Assembly: GCA_031395125.1 (NCBI GenBank)
Contig: JANNUI010000569.1
Location: forward strand, 1 to 47,053
DNA: 47,053 nucleotides
Direction: 5' to 3'
Origin: Chitinophagaceae bacterium
Lineage (GTDB): Bacteria > Bacteroidota > Bacteroidia > Chitinophagales > Chitinophagaceae
Part shown: piece after piece, positions 28,431 through 38,520 of the stretch
Layout: every line of letters begins with the position of its first letter
Position numbering within the stretch: position 1 is the first letter of the stretch
The notes under the pieces: model-generated
Seen by the model: the letters and a program-made list of their open reading frames with translations, nothing else
Told to the model about the DNA's origin: nothing
Databases searched by the model: none
Position numbers and translations under genes: made by a program

Positions 28431-30101
28431 ATGTCAAAAAACCTGGGTGAACTTGCCGGCAGAAAAGGACTGACCCAAACACTGTTTGAGGAGCTGGGTA
28501 TTGCTGCAAAGCAAACGGGCACCCCTTCCGTTGAAAAAATGGAAGAACTGGCCGATGCTTTTGTGGTGGGCAAGGCCAATGTATACGGGGCAGCGACTTT
28601 TTATGATTTCCTGAAACCAGAGAACAAAGGCAAGAAAGTATATATCTGCAACGGCAGCGCCTGTATGACGGCCCGTACACAGCCGGCTTTGAAAGAAAAA
28701 TTGCTGCAGCATTACAGTGAAATTGAGATGGGCGAAATGTGCTGCCTTGGCCGTTGTCATGAGAACAGTTCATTTCATATCAATGGAAAAAGTTATTCCG
28801 GCAAAGCCATTGATGAAATTGCCTCCATCAAAATAGAAAATACAACCGTTACCGATAAATATCATGTTGCTGTATATGGAACGCCGGTTCTCACTGCTGC
28901 TTTTCCGGGGATAAAAGAATATTATTCTGTTCTTGCCGGTGCGCTAAAGAAATCTGCAGATGAGTTACTCAATGAGTTAAAAACTTCCGGGCTCAGGGGC
29001 CGCGGCGGAGCCGGGTTTCCTATTGCTATAAAACTGGATGGTTGCAGAAAGGAAACAAGCAAACAAAAATTCATTGTTTGCAATGCCGACGAAGGCGACC
29101 CCGGCGCATACAGCGACCGGTATTTGCTGGAACAGCAGCCGCACAGTGTGTTACTCGGGATGATGATTGCCGGGTACATTGCCGGTGCTGATACCGGCGT
29201 GGTATACATAAGAGGGGAGTATCCTGAAGCCATCAGCATCACTCAACAGGCCATTGATGAATTACACAAAGAAGGTTTGCTGGGTCAGCATATTCTGGGC
29301 TCCGGTTTCAATTACAACTTTAAAGTGATCGGTGCGCAGGGCGCCTATATCTGCGGCGAAGAAACCGCCCTGCTTTCATCCATCGAGGGACAAAGACCGG
29401 AGGTGAGGATTCGTCCGCCTTATCCGGTGCAGCAAGGCCTGTTCAACAAGCCGACCGTGGTGAACAACGTAGAAACGCTGGCCTGCATTCCCTGGATCAT
29501 TAAAAATGGCGGGGCCAAATTTGCTTCCATCGGAATCGGCAGATCTACCGGTACGAAACTTATCTCATTAGATGGTTATTTCAAAAAGCCCGGAATGTAT
29601 GAAGTGCATATGGGGACAGCGCTTTCTGTGGTGGTAAATGAGCTGGGCGGCGGCTTCCGTTCGCCGGTAAAAGCGATGCATATCGGCGGTCCGCTGGGCG
29701 GATTGGTGCCGGTTGAGAAAATAAATGACCTGACGGTTGATTTTGAATCCTTTTCTGAAAATGGTTTCCTGCTGGGACATGCTTCTGTAGTTTGTCTTCC
29801 TGAAAACTTCCCCATTGTAAAATATTTGGAACACCTGTTTCAGTTTACAGCACATGAAAGCTGCGGCAAATGTTTTCCCTGCCGTATCGGCTCCACCAGG
29901 GGGGCTGAGATGCTGAAAAAAGCGCAGGAGAGTGATTATAAATCCGATAGCTATCGGATAGACCGGACACTGTTCAATGATTTGATTGAGACGCTGGAGA
30001 TTGGTTCGCTTTGCGCATTGGGGGGCGGTCTGCCGCTGCCGGTTAAGAATGCTTTGCAGTATTTTGAAAAAGAACTTTCAACTTATTTTAAAAGATCCTG
30101 A
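28431..30101 (+). CDS. NAD-linked formate dehydrogenase diaphorase subunit (NuoE-like plus NuoF-like fusion)
   Basis: N-terminal ATFY, CNGSAC, CCLGRC; GLRGRGGAGF, NADEGDPG, GAYICGEETAL, ESCGKCFPCRIG, SLCALG. Confidence 0.92.
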   Translation: MSKNLGELAGRKGLTQTLFEELGIAAKQTGTPSVEKMEELADAFVVGKANVYGAATFYDFLKPENKGKKVYICNGSACMTARTQPALKEKLLQHYSEIEMGEMCCLGRCHENSSFHINGKSYSGKAIDEIASIKIENTTVTDKYHVAVYGTPVLTAAFPGIKEYYSVLAGALKKSADELLNELKTSGLRGRGGAGFPIAIKLDGCRKETSKQKFIVCNADEGDPGAYSDRYLLEQQPHSVLLGMMIAGYIAGADTGVVYIRGEYPEAISITQQAIDELHKEGLLGQHILGSGFNYNFKVIGAQGAYICGEETALLSSIEGQRPEVRIRPPYPVQQGLFNKPTVVNNVETLACIPWIIKNGGAKFASIGIGRSTGTKLISLDGYFKKPGMYEVHMGTALSVVVNELGGGFRSPVKAMHIGGPLGGLVPVEKINDLTVDFESFSENGFLLGHASVVCLPENFPIVKYLEHLFQFTAHESCGKCFPCRIGSTRGAEMLKKAQESDYKSDSYRIDRTLFNDLIETLEIGSLCALGGGLPLPVKNALQYFEKELSTYFKRS

Positions 30102-30103
30102 TC

Positions 30104-32920
30104 ATGGGCATAGTGTACAGAAAAGAAGACAAACATACGCAGGATAAAAAGGGCAATATTGCTTCCTTTGCCTCCGGCAACGGAAACGGGAAGACCGTAT
30201 TCGCTTATATCAACAACGAACCATTTGAAATTAAGGAGGGCGAAACCATCATTTCGTTTATCCGCCGCTATTTTGGAAAAGATGCGGTTCCTACCCTCTG
30301 TGATGCTCCCAACCTGGAACCATTCGGTTCCTGCCGGGTTTGCAGTGTGGACGTATCATTGACAGAAAATGGCCCGGCAAAGGCACAGGCCGCCTGTCAC
30401 ACACCGGTGATGGCGGGTTCTTATATCTACCCGGATTCAGAAAGGATACAAAAACTCCGCAGGAATATCATTGAACTGGTGCTGACCGACCACCCGCTGG
30501 ATTGCCTGACCTGTGAAGTAAATAATAACTGTGAATTACAAACGGTTGCTGCAAGGGTGGGCATACGTGATGTACGTTATCCTGCTGGCAAGAATCACTT
30601 AGACAGGAAAAAAGATCTTAGTCATCCCTATATGACCTCCGACCTTTCCAAGTGCATCAACTGCTTCCGCTGTGTAAGGGCTTGTGATGAAGTGCAGGGG
30701 CAATTTGTGCTGAGCATGACGGGTCGTGGGTTCGACAGTCATATCATCAAGGGCAGTGATGTGAGTTTTAATGAAAGTGATTGCGTAAGCTGCGGCGCCT
30801 GTGCGCAGGCTTGTCCCACTTCCGCTATCAGCGATGTTTTTGAATCCAAGTCCATTGTATTTGATAAAAAAGTCAGAACGGTTTGTACTTATTGTGGTGT
30901 TGGATGCAATTTGGATGTTGCCGTCAGTGCCGGAACTATCAAATCAATACAAGCTCCTTATGATGCAGAAGCAAATGAAGGCCATACCTGTTTGAAAGGC
31001 CGCTATGCATTCTCCTTTTACAATCATCCGGATCGTTTACGTACGCCGCTGATAAAAAAGAATGGTGAATTTGTGGAAGTTACCTGGGAAGAAGCTTATG
31101 AGTTCATTGCCAATAAACTCACAGAGATAAAAAAAGAACATGGCCCTGATGCCATTGCCGGAATATCTTCTGCAAGATGTACCAATGAAGAAAATTATAT
31201 CATGCAGAAATTTATCCGTGCAGTAATTGGTACGAATAATATTGACAGTTGTGCAAGGGTTTGTCATTCTCCCACTGCGCTGGGTATGCAACGGACATTC
31301 GGAACGGGAGCTGCCACCAATTCTGTCGTTGATATGCAATACACCGATTGCATGATGGTGATCGGAGCTAATCCTACAGACGCACATCCTGTTACAGGCG
31401 CCAAGATGAAACAACAGGCAATAAAAGGCAAAACGCTTATTATCCTTGATCCGAGAAAAACAGAACTGGTAAAATATGCCAACTATCATTTGCAATTGCG
31501 CCCCGGAACCAATGTGGCCTTGCTGAACATGATGCTGTATTATATCATCAAAGAAAATTTAGAGGATAAAGATTTTATTGCATCCCGCACAGAGGGATAT
31601 GAGGATTTTAGAAAAAATATTTTGAGTCTGAATATTGACGAACTGGAAATAATTACTGATGTTGACCGCAACCTCGTTCGTGAAGCGGCGATCGCTTATG
31701 CAACAGCGCCGAATGCGATGTCATTCCACGGCCTCGGTGTTACCGAACATTCACAAGGCACTTATACGGTAATGCTTATCGCCGACCTGGCGATGATAAC
31801 AGGAAATATCGGAAGGCGGGGAGTTGGTGTAAATCCATTGCGTGGACAAAACAATGTGCAGGGCGCTGCCGACATGGGATGCCAGCCTTACCAGGGTGCA
31901 GGATACCTTGATGTGACCAATCCGGAGATACATAAAATGTACGAGGAGTTCTATCATGCAAAATTGCCATTGCATGTGGGCTTAAAAATTCCGCAGATGT
32001 ATGATGCAGCTCTGAATGATAAATTAAAAGCCGTCTGGGTGGTTGGCGAAGACATGGCGCAGACGGATCCCAATACACATCATGTGGTGGCCGCATTGAA
32101 GAAACTTGAGTTATTTATAGTTCAGGAATTGTTTATGACGGAAACAGCAAAGTTGGCTACCGTCATTTTACCCGGTGCTTCTTTCTTAGAAAAAAGCGGA
32201 ACATTTACCAATGGCGAAAGAAGGATACAAAGAGTGAACAAAGTGGTGGAACCCATTGAAGGAACAAAGAGTGATGGGCAAATAATTGTTGACATCATGA
32301 ACCGCATGGGTTATGAGCAGGCGGATTATGATCCCGATACGATGCTGGAAGAAATTTCACGGGTTGTTCCATTCTTTGCGGGAGTTAAATGGAATGAGCT
32401 GGGCGATAACGGCAAGCAATGGCCTGTGCTGAAAGACGGAACGGATACAGAGATACTGCACCTCAAAACTTTTACCAGAGGAAAAGGAAAATTCATGTTC
32501 AATCCATTCAAAGAGTCGGAAGAAATTGTGCAGCATGGAAAAGAATATCCTTATATCATCACCACCAACCGGGAGCTGGAGCATTATAACTGCGGCACCA
32601 TGACAAGACGCACCCGCAATGCGGAAATACTGACCGAAGATGTATTACTGATCTGCGAAGAAGATGCCCGCAAACATTTAATTAATGATGGCGATATGGT
32701 TTGTGTGGAATCCCCCAGGGGCAAGGTGGATATCAAAGCAAAGATCACCGATGAAGTAAAACCCGGCATACTCAGCAGTACATTTCATTTTCCGGAGATC
32801 ATGCTGAATAATATCACCTCAAGCATCAGCGACTCCGAAGCTATGTGCCCGGAATATAAAGTAGTGGCATGCACTATCCGGAAGAGTAAGGGGAAGTATA
32901 AGGGTAAAGAAAATGATTGA
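30104..32920 (+). CDS. fdhF: Formate dehydrogenase alpha subunit (FdsA/FdhF type, Cys active site)
   Basis: N-terminal FeS motifs (CRVC, HPLDCLTC, CINCFRC, CVSCGAC), CTYCGVGC, CLKG, DSCARVCH, PLRGQNNVQG, GTFTNGERR. Confidence 0.93.
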   Translation: MGIVYRKEDKHTQDKKGNIASFASGNGNGKTVFAYINNEPFEIKEGETIISFIRRYFGKDAVPTLCDAPNLEPFGSCRVCSVDVSLTENGPAKAQAACHTPVMAGSYIYPDSERIQKLRRNIIELVLTDHPLDCLTCEVNNNCELQTVAARVGIRDVRYPAGKNHLDRKKDLSHPYMTSDLSKCINCFRCVRACDEVQGQFVLSMTGRGFDSHIIKGSDVSFNESDCVSCGACAQACPTSAISDVFESKSIVFDKKVRTVCTYCGVGCNLDVAVSAGTIKSIQAPYDAEANEGHTCLKGRYAFSFYNHPDRLRTPLIKKNGEFVEVTWEEAYEFIANKLTEIKKEHGPDAIAGISSARCTNEENYIMQKFIRAVIGTNNIDSCARVCHSPTALGMQRTFGTGAATNSVVDMQYTDCMMVIGANPTDAHPVTGAKMKQQAIKGKTLIILDPRKTELVKYANYHLQLRPGTNVALLNMMLYYIIKENLEDKDFIASRTEGYEDFRKNILSLNIDELEIITDVDRNLVREAAIAYATAPNAMSFHGLGVTEHSQGTYTVMLIADLAMITGNIGRRGVGVNPLRGQNNVQGAADMGCQPYQGAGYLDVTNPEIHKMYEEFYHAKLPLHVGLKIPQMYDAALNDKLKAVWVVGEDMAQTDPNTHHVVAALKKLELFIVQELFMTETAKLATVILPGASFLEKSGTFTNGERRIQRVNKVVEPIEGTKSDGQIIVDIMNRMGYEQADYDPDTMLEEISRVVPFFAGVKWNELGDNGKQWPVLKDGTDTEILHLKTFTRGKGKFMFNPFKESEEIVQHGKEYPYIITTNRELEHYNCGTMTRRTRNAEILTEDVLLICEEDARKHLINDGDMVCVESPRGKVDIKAKITDEVKPGILSSTFHFPEIMLNNITSSISDSEAMCPEYKVVACTIRKSKGKYKGKEND

Positions 32921-33142
32921 ATGAATAATCAGACCTGGTTCAAATATTGAAGATTATTTTATTCTGAACAACTCATGTTCATATCCCTTGATTTGTTCCT
33001 TCTGTTGATTTTTAAGGTGGCCGGCGCCAATTAAACACATCCGCTACAATAAGCGGGCATAGCGGTACATTTAATAAATTTATCGTAAATTTCAGTAAGG
33101 CGAAGTATAAATAAACAAGATTAGAAAAATTCTAAAGCAACT

Positions 33143-34480
33143 TCAAGATTGATTGGTAAAAACTGGCCGAACTGCAAATGTCTCATTTCCGGTTAAAGAT
33201 TTTTTGTAAATATCCAATGCCCGGTTTCTCGCAAACTCATGTTCAACAACAGGAGGCAGATAACCGGGTTTAAAATTTTTTATCCATCGCTTTATATAGA
33301 TTAAATCCGGGTCAAACTTTTTAGTTTGTTCCGATGGATTAAAAATCCTGAAGTAAGGCGCTGCATCACAACCACATCCTGCTGCCCATTGCCAGTTTCC
33401 GTTGTTGGAAGACAATTCATAATCCACCAGCTTTTCAGCAAAATAGGCTTCTCCCCATTGCCAGTCAATTAATAAATGTTTGGTAAGAAACCCGGCAACG
33501 ATCATTCTTACCCGGTTGTGCATAAAGCCGGTCTCATTCAGCTGCCGCATACCCGCATCCACAATCGGGTAACCGGTTTCTCCCTTGCACCACAATTCAA
33601 ATTCTTTTTCATTGTTTCTCCATGGAATGGAATTATACTTTGGTTTAAAACACTCAGCAACAACACGGGGAAATTGAAAAAGAATCATCATAAAAAACTC
33701 CCGCCAGATCAATTCATTCAGCCATTGTTCATTTAATTCCATTGCAGCCTTCACCAACCGGCGGATACTTACAGTACCAAAACGCAAATGCACACTCATC
33801 CGGCTTGTACCATTGACAGAAGGGATATTCCGGGTGCCGGAATAGTTTTGAATAACGGAAGGATCGATTGTAATATCCGGAATATCAAATGCAGTGTGTT
33901 TAAACCCCATTTCATTTAGTGATGGAAATGGAACAGGTCTTGTTTTAAGAAGAGCCGGTAAATTTTCCTCTGATGGAAACCCGGATAAATTTTCTTCCGG
34001 CAGTTTTTGTTTCCAAATCCTTGCGTAGGGAGTAAAAACGGTGTAGGGGCTGCCATCAGACTTCAGCACTTCATTCTTTTCAAAAATCGCCTGGTCTTTA
34101 AAAGTTAAATATTTTATTCTGTTATTTTTTAAAAAGAAAGCTATTTCATCATCACGATCTTTAGCATATGGTTCATAATCGTGGTTGGTAAAAACCCCGC
34201 TGATTTTATATTCCTCCGCCAGTCGTTTAAAAGCATTCAGCGGTGTGTCGTATAGAATGTATAAAGAGGAATTGTATTTTTTTATTTCTGTCTGCAACTT
34301 CAGCAGCGAGTCATAAATAAACGAAACCCGGCGATCTTTTTTATCGGGCAGGCTGTCCAGGATGTTTTTATCAAATATAAAAACAGGCACAACCGGTTTG
34401 CCGCTTTTCAATGCACGGTACAAGCCATGGTTGTCAAACAACCGTAAATCCCGCCGGAACCAAAAGATATTTACATGCAT
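33143..34480 (-). CDS. phrB: Deoxyribodipyrimidine photolyase (class I CPD-like)
   Basis: WFRRDLRL-x-DN, TSRMSVHLRFG, ELIWREF, TGYPIVDAGMRQL, MHNRVRM, NNGNWQW, RIFNP. Confidence 0.93.
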   Translation of the reverse strand: MHVNIFWFRRDLRLFDNHGLYRALKSGKPVVPVFIFDKNILDSLPDKKDRRVSFIYDSLLKLQTEIKKYNSSLYILYDTPLNAFKRLAEEYKISGVFTNHDYEPYAKDRDDEIAFFLKNNRIKYLTFKDQAIFEKNEVLKSDGSPYTVFTPYARIWKQKLPEENLSGFPSEENLPALLKTRPVPFPSLNEMGFKHTAFDIPDITIDPSVIQNYSGTRNIPSVNGTSRMSVHLRFGTVSIRRLVKAAMELNEQWLNELIWREFFMMILFQFPRVVAECFKPKYNSIPWRNNEKEFELWCKGETGYPIVDAGMRQLNETGFMHNRVRMIVAGFLTKHLLIDWQWGEAYFAEKLVDYELSSNNGNWQWAAGCGCDAAPYFRIFNPSEQTKKFDPDLIYIKRWIKNFKPGYLPPVVEHEFARNRALDIYKKSLTGNETFAVRPVFTNQS

Positions 34481-34884
34481 ACAGAAAGATTTTCCTGACC
34501 ATGAAGTCAGAAAGAACTTAGAAACAAAAAGGGGACAAATAAGTTCATCGGCTCCGGGGGGATTCCGGGCACCATTGGTATCAGCATACCTGTTCTCTTT
34601 TATATATAAGCTTCAAATGCACTGTTGCTCTTATTTTTTTTTCTGGCAAAGAAATAACCGAATCAAGTCATTTTCCTTCATTCCTCTTTTGGAAATGAGA
34701 TTATTAAGTGCAGGTATCCTGCCTATGGAAATGATTTTATTGTTCAAAATAAATGTTTAACAATTCACCCTGATTTCTCAGTATGTCCTAAACAATACCT
34801 GTTTATAAAAAAATTGTTTTAAAAAGATGAACCATTTCTTTTGTTTAACGTTACTAATAAATTATTAAACAAAATTCTTATAAA

Positions 34885-35844
34885 ATGAAACTTACAAAAT
34901 TTTTTAATCTGCCTGTTATGCTGGCTTTTTTCAGCATACCCGTATTATTTTTCAGCTGCAAAAAAGAAAATGATGCACCTGTAACTAACACCATTACAGA
35001 TGTAGTAGTAGCAAATACCAACTTTGCAACTCTTGAATCCGCAGTACTAAAGGCAAATTTACAAGGAACGCTTAGTGGTGCAGGGCCTTTCACCGTTTTT
35101 GCCCCGGATGATGCAGCATTCATTGCTTCAGGTATTACGCCGGCTGTTTTGAATTCCCTTACGCCGTCACAAGTGCAGAGTATATTATTGTACCATACTA
35201 TTGGTGCCAAAATAACCGCGGCAGATGTTCCGGCAGGCCCCAATGCAAAAGTGATCACAGCCAGTGGTGACTCAGTCTTTGTAACAAAAAACGCAAGTGG
35301 CGTTTATATTAATGGAATAAAAGTTAACGCTGCTGATGTTGCTGCTGATAATGGTGTTATCCATGCAATTGGTAAAGTACTGATACCCCCGGCCGGTAAT
35401 ATTGTAGAAACAGCTATTGCAAGCGGTTTAGATTCACTGGTAAAAGCAGTAACAAGAGCTACTACTGCTCCTGGTGGTGATCCAACACTTGCCGCCACAT
35501 TGAGCAGTGCAAAGCTGACCGTTTTTGCCCCAACCAATGCAGCCTTTACACAACTGCTGGGCGCATTAAGCCTTACTAAAATTGATGATATACCGGTTCC
35601 TACTTTGCTGGCCGTATTAAGATATCATATAGCAGGAGGCCGTGCATTTTCTTCTGACCTCGCCAATGGCAACCTGCCCATGCTGGCAGGAGGAAATACG
35701 ACCGTAAACCTTACAAATGGCGCAGGTGGCGGACCCACACTAACCGGAAACGGAAATGGTGGTAATAAATCGAACATCATAGCAACAAATATTGTTTGCA
35801 GAAACGGGGTGGTGCATCTTATTGACCGTGTATTATTACCCTGA
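34885..35844 (+). CDS. Lipoprotein with two fasciclin (FAS1) domains
   Basis: Lipobox FFSC; FTVFAPDD and LTVFAPTN; NGVIHAIGKVL and NGVVHLIDRVL. Confidence 0.93.
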   Translation: MKLTKFFNLPVMLAFFSIPVLFFSCKKENDAPVTNTITDVVVANTNFATLESAVLKANLQGTLSGAGPFTVFAPDDAAFIASGITPAVLNSLTPSQVQSILLYHTIGAKITAADVPAGPNAKVITASGDSVFVTKNASGVYINGIKVNAADVAADNGVIHAIGKVLIPPAGNIVETAIASGLDSLVKAVTRATTAPGGDPTLAATLSSAKLTVFAPTNAAFTQLLGALSLTKIDDIPVPTLLAVLRYHIAGGRAFSSDLANGNLPMLAGGNTTVNLTNGAGGGPTLTGNGNGGNKSNIIATNIVCRNGVVHLIDRVLLP

Positions 35845-35963
35845 TGATAATCATTGCATACCCGTGAAAAAAACAATCAGTCCTGTTGCATCCGGAAAGG
35901 ACTGAATTTAAAATAAATCAAATAATAAATAAACAATCGTAATAATAATTAAAACAAAAAATC

Positions 35964-36479
35964 ATGAAAAAAGTATTTCAATCAGCATTTTTGGTGCTTG
36001 GCTTGTTTATCTCTTCATCTGCGTTTGCGCAAAATAAAGATATTGTTGACATTGCCGCAGGTTCAGAAGCGCATACCACCCTGGTGGCAGCAGTAAAAGC
36101 AGCAGACCTTGTGACTACATTAAAAAGTGCCGGACCCTTCACTGTGTTTGCACCGGTAAATGATGCATTTGGCAAATTACCCGCAGGGACAGTTGACTAT
36201 CTGCTGAAACCAGAAAACAAAGCAACCCTTGCAAAGATCCTTACTTATCATGTGGTGGCTGGCAACCTGGATGCGGCTGCAGTAATAGCAGCCATCAAGA
36301 AAGGAAATGGTTCGGTTTCATTAACAACAGTAAGTGGTGGAATTTTAAAAGCCTCAATTGATAACGGAAAAGTAAAACTTACCGATGAGAAAGGCGGAGT
36401 GGCTTATGTAACAGTAGCTGACCTGAAAGGCAGTAATGGTGTTATCCATGTTATTGACACGGTAGTATTACCTGAATAA
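35964..36479 (+). CDS. Secreted single-domain fasciclin protein
   Basis: Signal peptide AFA; TLVAAVKAA, FTVFAP, ILTYHVV, SNGVIHVIDTV. Confidence 0.95.
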   Translation: MKKVFQSAFLVLGLFISSSAFAQNKDIVDIAAGSEAHTTLVAAVKAADLVTTLKSAGPFTVFAPVNDAFGKLPAGTVDYLLKPENKATLAKILTYHVVAGNLDAAAVIAAIKKGNGSVSLTTVSGGILKASIDNGKVKLTDEKGGVAYVTVADLKGSNGVIHVIDTVVLPE

Positions 36480-36500
36480 TTTCTCCCGTGAAAGTATTTA

Positions 36501-36530
36501 TAAGCCCTCTTCGCAGAGGGCTTATTTTTT
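36501..36530 (+). terminator. Rho-independent terminator after the fasciclin pair
   Basis: taagccctct tcgc agagggctta followed by a T-run. Confidence 0.85.
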
Positions 36531-36559
36531 CCAAATCACGAAAATAAAGATGATAGTTA

Positions 36560-36781
36560 ATGATGAATAAAAAGAATTACTATAAAGACAAAACAAACCA
36601 CATGTTCACCAAATTCAAAGTCTCAGAGTTGATAATATTTATAATAACCATTATCCTGATTTTCATTTCAGAATATTATTTTGTTATACTCAAAGACACG
36701 ATGAGGGCTATTTTTATCGGGCTGTGGCCTCCCACTATTCTGGGATTATTAATCTACATTAATTTAAAAAGGAAACAGTAA
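36560..36781 (+). CDS. Small two-TM membrane protein (start may be the internal MFTK)
   Basis: Two hydrophobic segments; AIFIGLWPPT. Confidence 0.65.
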   Translation: MMNKKNYYKDKTNHMFTKFKVSELIIFIITIILIFISEYYFVILKDTMRAIFIGLWPPTILGLLIYINLKRKQ

Positions 36782-36785
36782 AGCC

Positions 36786-37061
36786 ATGGAAAACCTGGAT
36801 ATCATCCTGCTAACAACGGTTGTCTCCGTTTTATTCATAGTGTTTTTTATTGCTACCTACCGTGAATTTTCTGTGATGGGCAAATCTGAATTTACCGGGG
36901 GTAAAGAAAAAGGGGGCCGTGCTGAAATGGTTCAGTTTCTGCAAAATGTTTTCACAGATGAAAACATTGAACCAGATAAAAAGAATGAGTTATTGGGGAT
37001 CATAAAAAAAACATTTGATGCACTGCAAACCGGTGAAAAATCTGCTACTGTAAATAAATAG
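36786..37061 (+). CDS. Small membrane-anchored hypothetical protein
   Basis: N-terminal TM segment; 4-nt gap to the previous ORF. Confidence 0.6.
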   Translation: MENLDIILLTTVVSVLFIVFFIATYREFSVMGKSEFTGGKEKGGRAEMVQFLQNVFTDENIEPDKKNELLGIIKKTFDALQTGEKSATVNK

Positions 37062-37190
37062 AATTACCTGAACAGGCTTTTCAATCAATGATTATTAAAT
37101 TCTGTCCGGAATACAAAGTAGTGGCCTGTACGATCATGAAAAGTAAGAGGAAGTATAAATTAGAAAAACAGAACTAACCTTTTTACAGGT

Positions 37191-37688
37191 TCACTCCAAA
37201 GGTGGCTCAAAATATTGTTCCTCTCTTGGCTTCAGATTATTGCGCATGATCAGGCGGGCACAGGTGTTCCAGCGTAAAATGGCATCATCTTTTCCCGGCG
37301 GCCGTATCGCTTCTGCTTTTTCATAATGATCCATCGCATCTCTTAGCCACTCGTAGGCAACAGATCCTCCATCCGGCATACGTTTGCCGAGTTTTGCTTT
37401 CCCCTGCCGCTCACATATCAGCCCGGAATAATATTGCCGGTCATATTCATCAGGAAGACGTGCCAACAATTCCTTTGCGTTATTTGTATCGCTCAGTAAC
37501 GATGTGCCGAATTGGTCGGTGATTGCCAAAAGCATGGTGATGATGGCCCTGCTGTTTTCCGGATCGGCTTCCAGGATGTCGAGGCAAATGCTTTCAGCCA
37601 GCATTGGTTCATTCAAAAGACGGTATCGCTCCGCTTTTTCGAGCGCCGTTGGGATACTCTCTTTCGATATGGGCTTAATTTGAAACAT
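37191..37688 (-). CDS. Conserved helical (TPR-like) hypothetical protein at the end of the sdh operon
   Basis: ALEKAERYRLLNEP-x2-AESICLD, YYSGLICER, AILRWNTC. Confidence 0.75.
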   Translation of the reverse strand: MFQIKPISKESIPTALEKAERYRLLNEPMLAESICLDILEADPENSRAIITMLLAITDQFGTSLLSDTNNAKELLARLPDEYDRQYYSGLICERQGKAKLGKRMPDGGSVAYEWLRDAMDHYEKAEAIRPPGKDDAILRWNTCARLIMRNNLKPREEQYFEPPLE

Positions 37689-37738
37689 AAAATAATGTTT
37701 TAAATGACCTAAAACCTAATTCGATTTTAACCCTTTAT

Positions 37739-38491
37739 TTATTGTCGTTTCTTCGAACGAAACAGGCTGAATAATTTTTTTACCGGGTCGTAAAATTTAT
37801 CTGCTACTCTTTCTTTTAATGGAATAATAGCGTTGTCGGTGATGGTTATTTCCTGCGGGCAAACATTGGTACAGCATTTTGTGATATTACAAAAACCAAT
37901 GCCATCTGTTTTTTTCAGGTCTTCCCGTCTGTCTTCCACATCAAGCGGATGCATTTCCAGGGAAGCTATATGTACAAAATACCGTGGTCCGGTAAATCTA
38001 TCGTGTAAATGATGCTCCCGGAGTACATGGCATACATCCTGGCAAAGAAAACATTCAATACATTTTCGAAATTCCTGCACCCGGTCGATATCTTCCTGCT
38101 CCATTCGCCAGGTACCATCTTCCGCATCGGGTTTACGGGGCTTAAATTTTTTTATTTTTTTCTTGGCCTCAAAATTCCATGAAACATCTGTTACCAGGTC
38201 TTTAATAAGCGGAAAGGCTTTCATGGGTTGCACCAGTACAGGTTTATCAGGTGGCAGATCACTCATCCTGCACATGCACATCAGTTTTGGAATTCCATTC
38301 ACTTCTGCTGAGCAGGAACCGCAATGTCCGGCTTTACAATTCCAGCGGACAGCAAGATCGTTTGCAAATTTTGCCTGTATCAGCAATATGGCATCCAATA
38401 CAACCATGCCTTCGGAAATTTCAAGAGAATAATTCTCATATTTTCCATTGCTGGCATTGCCGCGTAATATTTGAAAGGTTGCTGTAGGCAT
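37739..38491 (-). CDS. sdhB: Succinate dehydrogenase/fumarate reductase iron-sulfur subunit (Sdh1 type)
   Basis: RWNCKAGHCGSC, DLVTD, CIECFLCQDVC, CNITKCCTNVCP. Confidence 0.9.
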   Translation of the reverse strand: MPTATFQILRGNASNGKYENYSLEISEGMVVLDAILLIQAKFANDLAVRWNCKAGHCGSCSAEVNGIPKLMCMCRMSDLPPDKPVLVQPMKAFPLIKDLVTDVSWNFEAKKKIKKFKPRKPDAEDGTWRMEQEDIDRVQEFRKCIECFLCQDVCHVLREHHLHDRFTGPRYFVHIASLEMHPLDVEDRREDLKKTDGIGFCNITKCCTNVCPQEITITDNAIIPLKERVADKFYDPVKKLFSLFRSKKRQ

Positions 38492-38520
38492 TGTTTGGGG
38501 GATTCTAAATCCAGGGCAGA

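Noticed and set aside
30104-32920. Selenocysteine FDH
   Set aside because: No in-frame TGA; the active-site region reads CARVCH
34362-34760. 132-aa plus-strand ORF in the photolyase-fasciclin spacer
   Set aside because: Partly antisense to the photolyase 5' end, with no recognisable motifs
35861-36493. CCCGTGAAA after both fasciclin stop codons
   Set aside because: Only 9 bp in two copies; may be chance or a duplication relic, and no function can be supported
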